64,000 bases of DNA from Sulfolobales archaeon. GTDB taxonomy: Archaea > Thermoproteota > Thermoprotei_A > Sulfolobales > NBVN01. Below the pieces are notes generated by a model. That model saw only the letters and a program-made list of their open reading frames with translations, made no database searches and had not been told where the DNA came from. Shown here piece by piece: positions 38,342 through 47,487 of this stretch. Each line of letters opens with the position of its first letter. The stretch's first letter is position 1. A program made the position numbers and the translations under genes. The stretch lies in contig JAWBTQ010000004.1 of assembly GCA_038841535.1 (NCBI GenBank), positions 32,001 to 96,000 on the forward strand, in the 5' to 3' direction.

Positions 38342-40162
38342 TCACACCTTCCTAATTGCTCCAAAGGGACACGCGATCAAGCATTGACCGCACTTAGCGC
38401 AAAGCTCTTCCCTTACTTTATGGACTTCTCCCGGCGAGCCAGATATCGCACCGGTAGGGCAGGTCTTAGCGCACTGCGTGCAACCCCTGCATAGGGCTGG
38501 GTCAATAACGTACTTAACTAACTTAGTGCAGACTTTAGCTGGACACCTACGATTGATTACGTGTTCTACGTACTCGTGTTTAAAGTACCACAGTGTCGAC
38601 AGTATGGGGTTGGGTGCCGTTCCCCCGAGTGCGCAGAGGCTTGACTTAGCTATGCTCTCACCGAGCTCTTGAGCGAGCTCTATATCGTCTATCGTTCCAG
38701 TACCACTCGTAATCCTCTCCAGTATGTTGCTGAGCTGCTTCATGCCAACTCTACAAGGGAGGCACTTCCCGCAGGATTCAGCTAGAGTAAAGCCGGTGAA
38801 GAACTTTGCTACATCAACCATGCAGTTACCGTCGTCAATGACTACTAAACCTCCAGACCCCATTATGGCACCGTAGCTCTGCAGGCTCTCGTAGTCCATC
38901 TCTAGGTCCATTAGCTCAGCTGGAATGCATCCCCCACTAGGACCTCCTATCTGTACAGCCTTGACTTTCCTACCCTCCGGAGGTCCTCCCGCTATATCGA
39001 AGACTAAGGTCTTTATCTTAGTCCCCACAGGCACTTCGTAAACCCCAGTCCTCTTGACGGCCCCAGTAACACAGAACATCTTAGTTCCTTTCGACTTGTC
39101 CGTTCCGTACTTAGTGAACTCGGCTACACCACTCTGGAATATCGTAGCAACGTGAGCAAGAGTCTCCACGTTGTTTATGACTGTTGGTTTTCCCCGCAGT
39201 CCACTAGTCGCAGGATAGGGAGGCCTCTGCCTCGGTCTAGAGCGGCCCTCTATAGCTGCTATTAGTGCTGTTTCTTCTCCACACACGAACGCACCCGCAC
39301 TCCTATAGACTTCTACGTCGAAGTCGAACCCGGAGCCCAGGATGTTCTTCCCCAGGAACCCCGCTCTTCTTGCGTCGTTGACTGCTTTCTCTAGTCTTTC
39401 AGCCATAAGGGGTTTCTCGGCTCTAACGAAAATAAACCCTTTAGTCGCCCCAATAGCGTAGCCGGCGATTATGAGCCCCTCTAGAACTCTATGGGGGTCT
39501 GATTCAGCGAGGAGCCTGTTCATGAAGGCACCAGGGTCTCCTTCGTCACCGTTGCATATTACGTACTTAACGTCGCTCTTTTGTTCGTACGCTACCTTCC
39601 ACTTAAACCAGGTCGGAAAGCCAGCTCCTCCTCTTCCTCTAAGACCGGAAGCCTTAACTTCCTCTATTACTTTCTCTCTACTCATACTCAAAGCTCTCTT
39701 AAGTCCCGAGTACCCACCGGTCTCTACATAGTCTTCGATGGACTCAGGGTTTATTAAGCCGCAGTTTCTGGAAACGTACCTCGTCTGAAGTCTCCAGTAG
39801 TCTAGTTCGTCTAGCGACGGCGGGTCTCTAGAGTCTGTTTTGAATCTTACCGCAGTAGCTCCAGAGAGGTCTCCCTCTAAATACCTCTTCAAGATCTGTG
39901 GGACTTGGTCGGGCTTTACGTTTCCGTATAGTGCCGGAGGCTGTCCTTCTTTAGCTACCTCGATCCAGGGATCCATAAAGCAGAGACCGGTACACCCTAC
40001 TGTATACACTTCGGCGTCTAGCTTTAGCTCTTCGACAGCTCTGCGAACTCTTCTATATACTTCTTCAGCACCTGCAGCAAGAGTACAGCTAGCTATCGGC
40101 ACCCGTATTCTAAAGCCTTTACTACCGTACAGTATCTTCCTCAGAGTAGCCTGCGGCAGCAA
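38342..40162 (-). CDS. NADH/FMN-binding HydB/NuoF-like subunit with N-terminal thioredoxin-like domain and C-terminal 2x[4Fe-4S]
   Basis: GLRGRGGAGFPT, NGDEGDPGAFM, GAFVCGEETAL, ESCGKCLPCR, two CxxCxxCxxxCP. Confidence 0.93.
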   Translation of the reverse strand: MLPQATLRKILYGSKGFRIRVPIASCTLAAGAEEVYRRVRRAVEELKLDAEVYTVGCTGLCFMDPWIEVAKEGQPPALYGNVKPDQVPQILKRYLEGDLSGATAVRFKTDSRDPPSLDELDYWRLQTRYVSRNCGLINPESIEDYVETGGYSGLKRALSMSREKVIEEVKASGLRGRGGAGFPTWFKWKVAYEQKSDVKYVICNGDEGDPGAFMNRLLAESDPHRVLEGLIIAGYAIGATKGFIFVRAEKPLMAERLEKAVNDARRAGFLGKNILGSGFDFDVEVYRSAGAFVCGEETALIAAIEGRSRPRQRPPYPATSGLRGKPTVINNVETLAHVATIFQSGVAEFTKYGTDKSKGTKMFCVTGAVKRTGVYEVPVGTKIKTLVFDIAGGPPEGRKVKAVQIGGPSGGCIPAELMDLEMDYESLQSYGAIMGSGGLVVIDDGNCMVDVAKFFTGFTLAESCGKCLPCRVGMKQLSNILERITSGTGTIDDIELAQELGESIAKSSLCALGGTAPNPILSTLWYFKHEYVEHVINRRCPAKVCTKLVKYVIDPALCRGCTQCAKTCPTGAISGSPGEVHKVREELCAKCGQCLIACPFGAIRKV

Positions 40163-40670
40163 TACTGCCGAACCCCGCGGTACTAGCCGCTCTAGACTTG
40201 TAGCTTAAGATAAGCCTCCTACTCTCAGTCGGTGTGAGCTTACCGTGAACGTATCTCTCGGAGCCATCTGAAGAGACAACCATGGCAACCGGGGCTAGGC
40301 TACAGCAACCGAAGCACCTCGCCTTTTCGATAGTGAGAGAGCCGTCCTCCGTCGTAGTTCCTCCGTCATTAAGTCCGACTGCTCTCCTCATCGCTTCGTA
40401 AACCTCTGAAGAACCCCTCAAGTAGCACGCTGTACCAAAGCATACGTATGCTACGTACTTACCCACCGGTTCGAGCCTGAACTGGTGGTAGAAAGTAGCT
40501 ACGTTGAGGACTTCAGCGAGAGACACTCCTAAGCGCCTAGATACCTCTTCGAGGCTTTCTCTAGGTAAGTACCCAAACGTTCTTTGAACTTCTTGAAGAA
40601 TATTGATCAGCTTACTTCTATCCGTACCGATCCTCGAAACTACGCTCTCAACGAATCCTCTAGGATCCAC
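40122..40670 (-). CDS. HydC/NuoE-like [2Fe-2S] subunit
   Basis: VATFYHQF, VCFGTACYLRG, CFGCCSLAP. Confidence 0.92.
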   Translation of the reverse strand: MDPRGFVESVVSRIGTDRSKLINILQEVQRTFGYLPRESLEEVSRRLGVSLAEVLNVATFYHQFRLEPVGKYVAYVCFGTACYLRGSSEVYEAMRRAVGLNDGGTTTEDGSLTIEKARCFGCCSLAPVAMVVSSDGSERYVHGKLTPTESRRLILSYKSRAASTAGFGSIAAAGYSEEDTVR

Positions 40671-40758
40671 TCGCCCCCTTCAACTAGATCTTCGACCGTT
40701 GTTTAAAGCGAGGGTTAATTTATGGTAATTAACGAGTAAGTATTGTAAGTAAGTATAA

Positions 40759-41655
40759 CTATACCTTGGGGAAGAAGTACTTGCACCTACACGCCTTATT
40801 TCTAACACACCTTCCTAAGACTACCTCCGATATCCTAGAGGTTAAGTACTTGATGTTTCTACAGATTTCGTTTCGACACTCTGTTTCTCCCAACAAGCTG
40901 AGGACCTTGATCACGCTGTTGACAGCTGTTTCAACGTCTTGAACTAGGGTAGCACTTATAGCCGCTCTCGACAGCTCTAGGACTCTCGACAGCTCTACGT
41001 CTTCGCTTAGCTTAGGTTGCTCGACTCCTACTAAGATGTCGAAGAGCTCCTTGATGTACTCAATTGATACGGCTAGGTCTAGAGCTTCGTAGGGGTCTAT
41101 AGAGCCGTCGGCAACACCCTGCTTTATGGTTCTAAGGAAGTACAGGTACTTTCTGTAGAACTCTCTGTATGTAGCGGGAGTAGAGGGGTTTCTCTCTTCA
41201 ACGCAGTCTATGAGCTTGCTAGAGGTAGCTTCGATGGTTTTTAAGAGCGAGAGGAGGTCTGTCTTTACGTCAGAAAAAACTAGTTCGTGGATATTCGAAC
41301 CCGGGTTAGCCATGAGGACGAAGCTCGTTACATAGTCCTTAAGGCTCTCAGAGAGCTCTAGAGACTGCTCATAGCTCGACTTTATCTTAACTCTCGTTAC
41401 TCCCTCTACGTAGGAGGCAACTAGCTTCCTAATTGCTAGGTCGCTAGACTCGTACTCTATTAAGACGTTGACTTCCTCGCTTTGCTCACTACTCGAAGAT
41501 GGAACTACAGTTATCTTAGAGCCATCGAAGTAGAGGCTAACTCTATCTCCAGGTTTAATACCTAGAGCGTCAGCCCACCTCTTCGGCACTATTATAGATA
41601 GAGAACCCTTACCAACCACGTTCACTTTCTTGACTAAGCGCTCAGACATCTGCAC
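40759..41655 (-). CDS. AbrB/PhoU-like transcriptional regulator with Cys-rich C-terminus
   Basis: VGKGSLSIIVPKRWA..LGIKPGD (AbrB), RKLVASYVEG, C-terminal RCVRNKACRC. Confidence 0.8.
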   Translation of the reverse strand: MQMSERLVKKVNVVGKGSLSIIVPKRWADALGIKPGDRVSLYFDGSKITVVPSSSSEQSEEVNVLIEYESSDLAIRKLVASYVEGVTRVKIKSSYEQSLELSESLKDYVTSFVLMANPGSNIHELVFSDVKTDLLSLLKTIEATSSKLIDCVEERNPSTPATYREFYRKYLYFLRTIKQGVADGSIDPYEALDLAVSIEYIKELFDILVGVEQPKLSEDVELSRVLELSRAAISATLVQDVETAVNSVIKVLSLLGETECRNEICRNIKYLTSRISEVVLGRCVRNKACRCKYFFPKV

Positions 41656-41675
41656 TCCGAGATTACGTGTCTTAA

Positions 41676-41689
41676 TTACTTATAAGTAA
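41676..41689. promoter_or_regulatory. Perfect 14-bp palindrome TTACTTATAAGTAA at the regulator promoter
   Basis: Self-complementary; 20-35 nt upstream of the regulator start; overlaps a TATA-like TTATAA. Confidence 0.45.
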
Positions 41690-42687
41690 CACTAGCTACC
41701 TCAAAGCTAGCTAAGCCTTCGAGTACCACACTCATAGCACGCTCCAGCGACCAATCGATAGTTCAACTAGTAGCCTAACCCGTTTAGGAACACGAACTAC
41801 ATAAGCTACTATACCGATGACCTAGCTCAAAACAAGCCTTCACCAACTAGTCAGAGCATACCGAGACATCAACTAACCGAGAAACTACCTAAATAACGCA
41901 CTGAGTTCGATACTCAAACCTAATGAAGCTTCAGCGAACTCATTTAACTAAGAGCAGTGAGAACTGAATTAGTCTGAGTGCACGAGTAGATAGAGTAGGA
42001 TACCGCGAATTAAGCCGAGCAATCAGTTAAGCAGTATGCTGACGACCCTATACAGCAATAACTGAAAGAAACGAATACGTTAGAGAAGCAAACAACTTTA
42101 GAAAACAGAGCCTCTAGCTAGATACAGCAACAACAGTACTTCTTCAAGCTGATGCGAGTTAATCAGCTAACAGGTTTGAGGGCATCACTATCTGAGTTCA
42201 TGGAGTTAGGGAGAGACCGTGAGCTTGGGTTAACTTTACCAAAGTGTAGTTAAGCTCGGGTTAACTACGCCATTGGACTCTAGGGACCTAGCAGCGGTCT
42301 TGACCACCGCGAGTGGGCTAGGCAACTCCATCAGTTAATTAAACTTCCATCAGCTGATGGAGTACTGCTATTCTCAAGGATTTCTAGTGATGACCTGATT
42401 CTAGTAGTAAGATAGTATCGCAACTTGGGGTGTAGTTCAGCTACTCAATAAGTCGCTGAGTTAGTCGCCCGCTCAAATTCGGGAGCGGCGTGGGCGTTCA
42501 GGAGTCCGTGGATTGCTTAGTGCTCTAGTTCTATACTCATAGAGTACTAGAGTATTGAGAGCTTCACGCAGTGATCTCTGCCGTAGTCTAAGCTAAAGCT
42601 CTTAGCGCTCTCCACGTCTGTGCTCACCCGGAGAAGTCTCCAGCACCTTCGGCTCTCCTCAATAATCTAGAGCTTTTTCACTCTACT

Positions 42688-43206
42688 TCACGCTTCTTCG
42701 CGAGGTTCCTTTAGCAGGCTCTTCGCAGGGTAGATGACTGGGCCGAAGCAGAGTAAAAAACCGAAGGCTTCGAGAGACAGGGTGCCTGGGCAATCACTCC
42801 TCGCATACTTACTGAGCTCAGCCCTCACTCTGCTGAGTATTTCCCCACCTATAGACCCAGCTCTCGGGATCCTAACCCTGCTAAAGCAAGCTTGCTCGAC
42901 AGTACTACCTACTACGTAGTCTACTACGTAATCTAGTGAAGCGTTGTAGCAACTGATGCAGGACAGTACGTAGGTTACGTACTCGACTGCCGAGAAGTAG
43001 TGCCTGGTGAGGAGGTCCCTCATGAACTCTGGAGACTGAGAGCTCTTGATTACAGCAACTCCCCCGATGTCCGGGAGAAAGACCTCTACGGAGTTGTCGT
43101 AGGGGTAAATAGTGTCACCTAGCTCTAGAGAGGCTCTCTCTTCTTTGGAGTAGCGGCTAGTAGCTACATAGGTATACTTACGCATAGAACAAGGACAGCA
43201 CACCAT
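42688..43206 (-). CDS. Hypothetical protein (possibly THUMP-associated N-domain-like)
   Basis: E..ASLELGD.IYPYD...GVAVIKS; start probably at the second Met. Confidence 0.55.
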   Translation of the reverse strand: MVCCPCSMRKYTYVATSRYSKEERASLELGDTIYPYDNSVEVFLPDIGGVAVIKSSQSPEFMRDLLTRHYFSAVEYVTYVLSCISCYNASLDYVVDYVVGSTVEQACFSRVRIPRAGSIGGEILSRVRAELSKYARSDCPGTLSLEAFGFLLCFGPVIYPAKSLLKEPREEA

Positions 43207-43230
43207 AGCTTTGCGTACATAGGGGAAGGC

Positions 43231-43503
43231 TTAGCTACTAGAGCAGAGCTTCTTTAAGACTACCCTCTCGTAGTAAGTAGGCTGAATCCACATGATCCAC
43301 GCCGGCACCTTCTTAACGAACTCGTAGGCTTCCCCCCAGTCCTCAACACCTATATCAGCAGCAAGCCTCTCTAAGCTATACTCTGAGTGTACATACCTAT
43401 TCAGTAAAGCCACTACATCCTTAGTTAAAGCGATTTCTTTACCACTACTGAGCCTAATTACGGGAACGCAGTCCTCCATAGTCCCTCCTCTAGTTTGAAG
43501 CAC
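43231..43503 (-). CDS. Conserved small hypothetical protein (HTH-like)
   Basis: YVHSEYSLERLA..IG...W.EAYEFVKKVPAWI; likely start at MEDC after SD GGAGG. Confidence 0.7.
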   Translation of the reverse strand: MLQTRGGTMEDCVPVIRLSSGKEIALTKDVVALLNRYVHSEYSLERLAADIGVEDWGEAYEFVKKVPAWIMWIQPTYYERVVLKKLCSSS

Positions 43504-43610
43504 TCGCTCACTTAAATATTTTCATTTCCGTAAGCAATACAGCCCCAGCTCCCGCAGGAGAGATAGAGTCCCCCAGCGATAACGCTTATAATATCATAAA
43601 AAGTAGAAGT

Positions 43611-44639
43611 TTGGTGGATGTTTTGAAGCCAAAGGTCTTCGTAACTAGGGAGCTTTTCGACGACATAATAGCTAGGATGTCGGAGCTCTACGAAGTAGAG
43701 GTTTGGGACAAATACCACCACCCACCGTACGACGTACTCCTGAGTAAAGCAAGAGAAGTAGATGCTTTAGTAACGCTTTTAACGGATAAAGTAGACTGCA
43801 ATCTTCTTCAGAGTGCGCCAAAACTAAGGATAGTTGCTCAGTACGCTGTAGGATTCGATAACGTTGACCTCGAGTGTGCAACAAAGCTGGGAATATACGT
43901 AACTAACACACCGGACGTCATAAGCGACACTGTCGCAGAACTTACGTGGGCTCTCATACTAGCAGTAGCTAAGAGAGTCTTGGAGTCCGACTCATTCGTT
44001 AGACGGGGAGAATGGCATAGAACCGGCACTCCGTGGCACCCCAAGATGATGCTGGGTACAGAGCTTAAAGGCAAGGTGCTAGGGATAGTTGGTCTCGGTA
44101 GAATAGGGACACGAGTAGCTAAGATAGGCTCTCTAGGCTTCGGAATGAGGGTGATATACTACGATATCATTAGATACAAAGAGAAAGAAGGGATCTTGGG
44201 AGTTGAGTATAAGAGTAGCCTAGAAGACCTTCTTAAGGAGGCAGACGTAGTGAGTCTCCACGTACCCCTAACTAAAGACACTTACCACATGATGAACGAG
44301 GAGAGGCTCAAGCTCATGAAGAAAACAGCTATCTTAGTCAATACTGCTAGAGGTGCTGTAATAGATACTCAAGCATTAGTTAGAGCACTAAAAGAAGGTT
44401 GGATAGCTGGCGCAGGAATCGACGTGTTCGAAGGAGAGCCAATACCCGGAGACCACCCACTAACTCAGTTCAAAAACGTAGTACTCGTCCCCCACATAGG
44501 CAGTGCGACACTTGAAGGAAGATATAGGATGGCCCAAGTAGTTCTCGAAAACCTCACAGCGTTTTACGAAGGAAGAAAGCCACCTACGCTAGTAAACGAA
44601 AGCGTATTAAACGTCCGCCCCCCAGGCTTTAAGAAATAA
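43611..44639 (+). CDS. gyaR: Glyoxylate reductase (D-2-hydroxyacid dehydrogenase)
   Basis: KPKVFVTR, YAVGFDN, GLGRIG, NTARG, DVFEGEP, PHIGSAT. Confidence 0.9.
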   Translation: MVDVLKPKVFVTRELFDDIIARMSELYEVEVWDKYHHPPYDVLLSKAREVDALVTLLTDKVDCNLLQSAPKLRIVAQYAVGFDNVDLECATKLGIYVTNTPDVISDTVAELTWALILAVAKRVLESDSFVRRGEWHRTGTPWHPKMMLGTELKGKVLGIVGLGRIGTRVAKIGSLGFGMRVIYYDIIRYKEKEGILGVEYKSSLEDLLKEADVVSLHVPLTKDTYHMMNEERLKLMKKTAILVNTARGAVIDTQALVRALKEGWIAGAGIDVFEGEPIPGDHPLTQFKNVVLVPHIGSATLEGRYRMAQVVLENLTAFYEGRKPPTLVNESVLNVRPPGFKK

Positions 44640-44899
44640 GGTTTTCTTAACATACTTAACTCCCCCACGGAGTGGTCTAGCTTATAAAACAGAGTTTGAG
44701 GTAGTGTACCTAGGCAGCACATCGCAGTCTCAGAATACTCGCGCTAGGACACGCTGTTGCTGCGGCTCTTGGCGTAAGTTTTGACTTAATCCTTTAACCT
44801 AAGTTGAAAAGTGCCGAGGCAATTCAGTATTTCAACCTTTACGTACCCTAATATACTTCAAAAGCTTTTAAGTACTCCTACTCCTTATCTAATAACGGT

Positions 44900-44991
44900 G
44901 CCGCGGTAGTATAGCCCGGTCAAGTATGCGGGCCTCTCGTGCTCGTCGGGGTGAGCCCGTGACCCGGGTTCAAATCCCGGCCGCGGCACCA
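44900..44991 (+). tRNA. tRNA-Glu(CTC) with 14-nt intron at 37/38 (44940-44953) and encoded CCA
   Basis: Acceptor GCCGCGG/CCGCGGC, anticodon stem CGGGC/GCCCG, anticodon CTC 44936-38, T-loop GTTCAAATC; BRE/TATA-like AAAGCTTTTAAG upstream. Confidence 0.95.
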
Positions 44992-45657
44992 CTAAGGTTG
45001 GATAGCGAGACACCTCTCTCTGTACTCTCTTGCTAGATCTAGCTCTACAACGGAGCCTCTAGGAGAAGTCTCTTTGAAGACTCTTGCCGTAAACTTCTTT
45101 ATTCTCACCTTCTCGCTCAACCAGCAATCTGGAGACATCCCAGCTTTAACGCAGGTTTCAGATAGAAACGTCTCCTCGTCCCAGCAGTACTCGATAGGCA
45201 CCTCTGGAAGGAGAACGCCTTTGTATACCCTATACTCTGCCACGAGTCCATCCCGACCTATGACTACCTCGCGAGCTCTCTCTCTTCCGGTAGACTCCAT
45301 GTCTCTGGGTACGGATAGAACGCTAACTTCAAAAACTAACTGATCTAGCTCGTCAGCTGATACAGGCTCAAACCTCGGGTCCTCTAAGGCGGCAGCGAGA
45401 GCAGTAGTTATTACGTTCTTTATTAACGGCTCTACCGGTGAAAGATACCCGATGCACCCCCTTAACCTGTACTCACCTTCAGATATCCTTCTAATCGTAG
45501 TAAAACTCATTCCTCTAGCCTGCAATACCCCGCCAACATCTGGTGGCTCGATGACTCTTCCCGATTGAAGGTACTCTTCAACAGCTCTCCTAGCTGTTCT
45601 CACGAGAAGTATTCCATCGTCAAGACTTAGTAAGGAAGGATCCGCGTAGGCGAACAT
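44992..45657 (-). CDS. AMMECR1 family protein
   Basis: LRGCIG, DPRFEPV, EVSVLS, GRDGL, LLPEV, CVKAG. Confidence 0.92.
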   Translation of the reverse strand: MFAYADPSLLSLDDGILLVRTARRAVEEYLQSGRVIEPPDVGGVLQARGMSFTTIRRISEGEYRLRGCIGYLSPVEPLIKNVITTALAAALEDPRFEPVSADELDQLVFEVSVLSVPRDMESTGRERAREVVIGRDGLVAEYRVYKGVLLPEVPIEYCWDEETFLSETCVKAGMSPDCWLSEKVRIKKFTARVFKETSPRGSVVELDLAREYRERCLAIQP

Positions 45658-45990
45658 CTGCCCACAGATAACTTCGGATCGTTCACATAAATCCTTTTAT
45701 ATGTGGAGACTATTTACCCTAATACACAACGACCTCGAAACAGCGGTTTCTGCCCTGCGACCTCCGCTGCCACACCTTAACACTACGTCGTGGAACAAGT
45801 CCCGGAGTGTTCTCAGAAAATCCGAGCATTGAGAGTTAACGAGGTTTTGCACGCCACTCTACGTAAAGCTGTTGGGTAGAGGTCGCTACACGAGAGCATG
45901 CCACAGATTCCCACTACGTAATGTAGCTCGGTTGGTTAAGGGTTATAGCTTATCAACTCTAGCGATGCCAGGTTTGTTGCGGTGTAGGCG

Positions 45991-46302
45991 TTGAGAACTA
46001 TTACTCTAGTTGTTCGAGTACCGGCTACAGAAAGCAGGAGCTATATAGCTAAAGTCAGGCAGGTCACCAACAGCCTCGAGGAGCTCGACTTTAGAGTTCA
46101 CTTACTAGTAGAGGGTGGTAGGAATCCAGAGCTGATAGTTCAAGGAGAGGTCATAGACCTCAGGAAAACAGGTGTCCGAGACATAGTTAGACGCATCTTA
46201 AGTTACGCAAGTGCTGAAGTATCGGACCCGGACATGCTGGAGAAGCTCGGTGGTGCCGGACTAAATGAGTCTGGAGAGCTTATAGACTCTGACACGCTAT
46301 AG
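45991..46302 (+). CDS. Hypothetical protein
   Basis: 103-aa ORF, TTG start after GGTG, plausible alpha/beta pattern. Confidence 0.55.
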   Translation: MRTITLVVRVPATESRSYIAKVRQVTNSLEELDFRVHLLVEGGRNPELIVQGEVIDLRKTGVRDIVRRILSYASAEVSDPDMLEKLGGAGLNESGELIDSDTL

Positions 46303-46328
46303 GTAGGAGCAAACATTACGATTCCTAA

Positions 46329-46688
46329 CTACTGCTGTTCGTTGTTACTGTTGTTGATACTACTAGAACTCCTCTTACTGACCACTGTCCTGTTTATCCA
46401 ACCACACATTAAGCACTTTTTGACTATTGTTAGGTGAGATCTAGCCCCTCTGATTCTCACCCTAGCTGTTACCCCGGGAACTAGGGGAACACAGCATTTC
46501 TTGCATACCCACCTCCTGTATGAGGTGGGCTTTCTCGCTCTAGCTTTAAGTAATATCTTCAGTCCCCTCATGATGTATTTGCGAGCTCTATCAAACCTAC
46601 TCTCTCTAACGCTACGAATGGCTAGCGAATAAAGAATTAAGCTCCTCTGCCTAGCGATGTCCCTAACTAAGCTCTTTTTATGAGCCAA
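46329..46688 (-). CDS. rnp4: Ribonuclease P protein component 4 (Rpp21)
   Basis: RDIARQR..IL, ARKYI, CKKCCVPLVPG..ARVR, CLMCG; likely TTG start at 46688. Confidence 0.88.
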   Translation of the reverse strand: MAHKKSLVRDIARQRSLILYSLAIRSVRESRFDRARKYIMRGLKILLKARARKPTSYRRWVCKKCCVPLVPGVTARVRIRGARSHLTIVKKCLMCGWINRTVVSKRSSSSINNSNNEQQ

Positions 46689-47343
46689 AGGCTCTGTCCC
46701 CTGCGTCACCAAGCCCCGGAACTATATACCCCCTATCGTTTATTTCTGGGTCTATAGCAACAGAGTATACCATTAAATTTATTCCGAGTTCATCACTTGT
46801 TTTACTCAATCTAGCAAGCGCTATAGGCGTTACAATAACTGAGGCGAGAAGATACTTCTTGGCCCTACCATGTGTCATGATCTCTCGAAGTGCTCTATCT
46901 ACCGTAGAGCCAGTAGCTACCATTACGTCACTCAGTATCACTATGCTTTCTGGGGCTATAGTAGGTATCTTCACATAAGCTACATCAATCTCGAATTCGT
47001 AGTTCTTCATACCTCTTTCTTCAACTCTCCTCGCTACGATAACCCCCTGTTTTGCGTTAAAGAAGATCTTAACTAAGCCCTCCGTAAGAGGCCACGCAGC
47101 TCTTAGCACTGTGATTATGACAACTTGGTCTAAGTCTTTTACTCTTATACCGCGAGCCTTTATACCTAGAGGGGTCTCGACTTCACACTCCTCAATTTCG
47201 AGCTCCTTCACCATCTCCAGTCCAAGAACTCTGCCAAGCCTTACCAACCCTTTTCTGAAATCTATTTGCGACGTCTTTCTGTCCCTCAGAACTGTGAGTA
47301 TGGCTTGAGCATACGGATGATCTACCACCTTCACTTTAAGCAA
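46678..47343 (-). CDS. upp: Uracil phosphoribosyltransferase
   Basis: LRD, VLRAA, DVMVATGST, GYIVPGLGDAGDRAFG; start reassigned downstream of SD GGAGG. Confidence 0.93.
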   Translation of the reverse strand: MLKVKVVDHPYAQAILTVLRDRKTSQIDFRKGLVRLGRVLGLEMVKELEIEECEVETPLGIKARGIRVKDLDQVVIITVLRAAWPLTEGLVKIFFNAKQGVIVARRVEERGMKNYEFEIDVAYVKIPTIAPESIVILSDVMVATGSTVDRALREIMTHGRAKKYLLASVIVTPIALARLSKTSDELGINLMVYSVAIDPEINDRGYIVPGLGDAGDRAFGS

Positions 47344-47487
47344 GCCTCCTAACACCTCAAGTTGGGATAGGTAGATAGTGTTAATAAGTTCAGGCAGTTG
47401 AGTAAAGACTTTGACTCTCAAAACTGGAGCTTCGGGGTTGTGCTTACAGCACGTAGTAACTCTTGATAGTGGGCTCAATCCCTGTGG

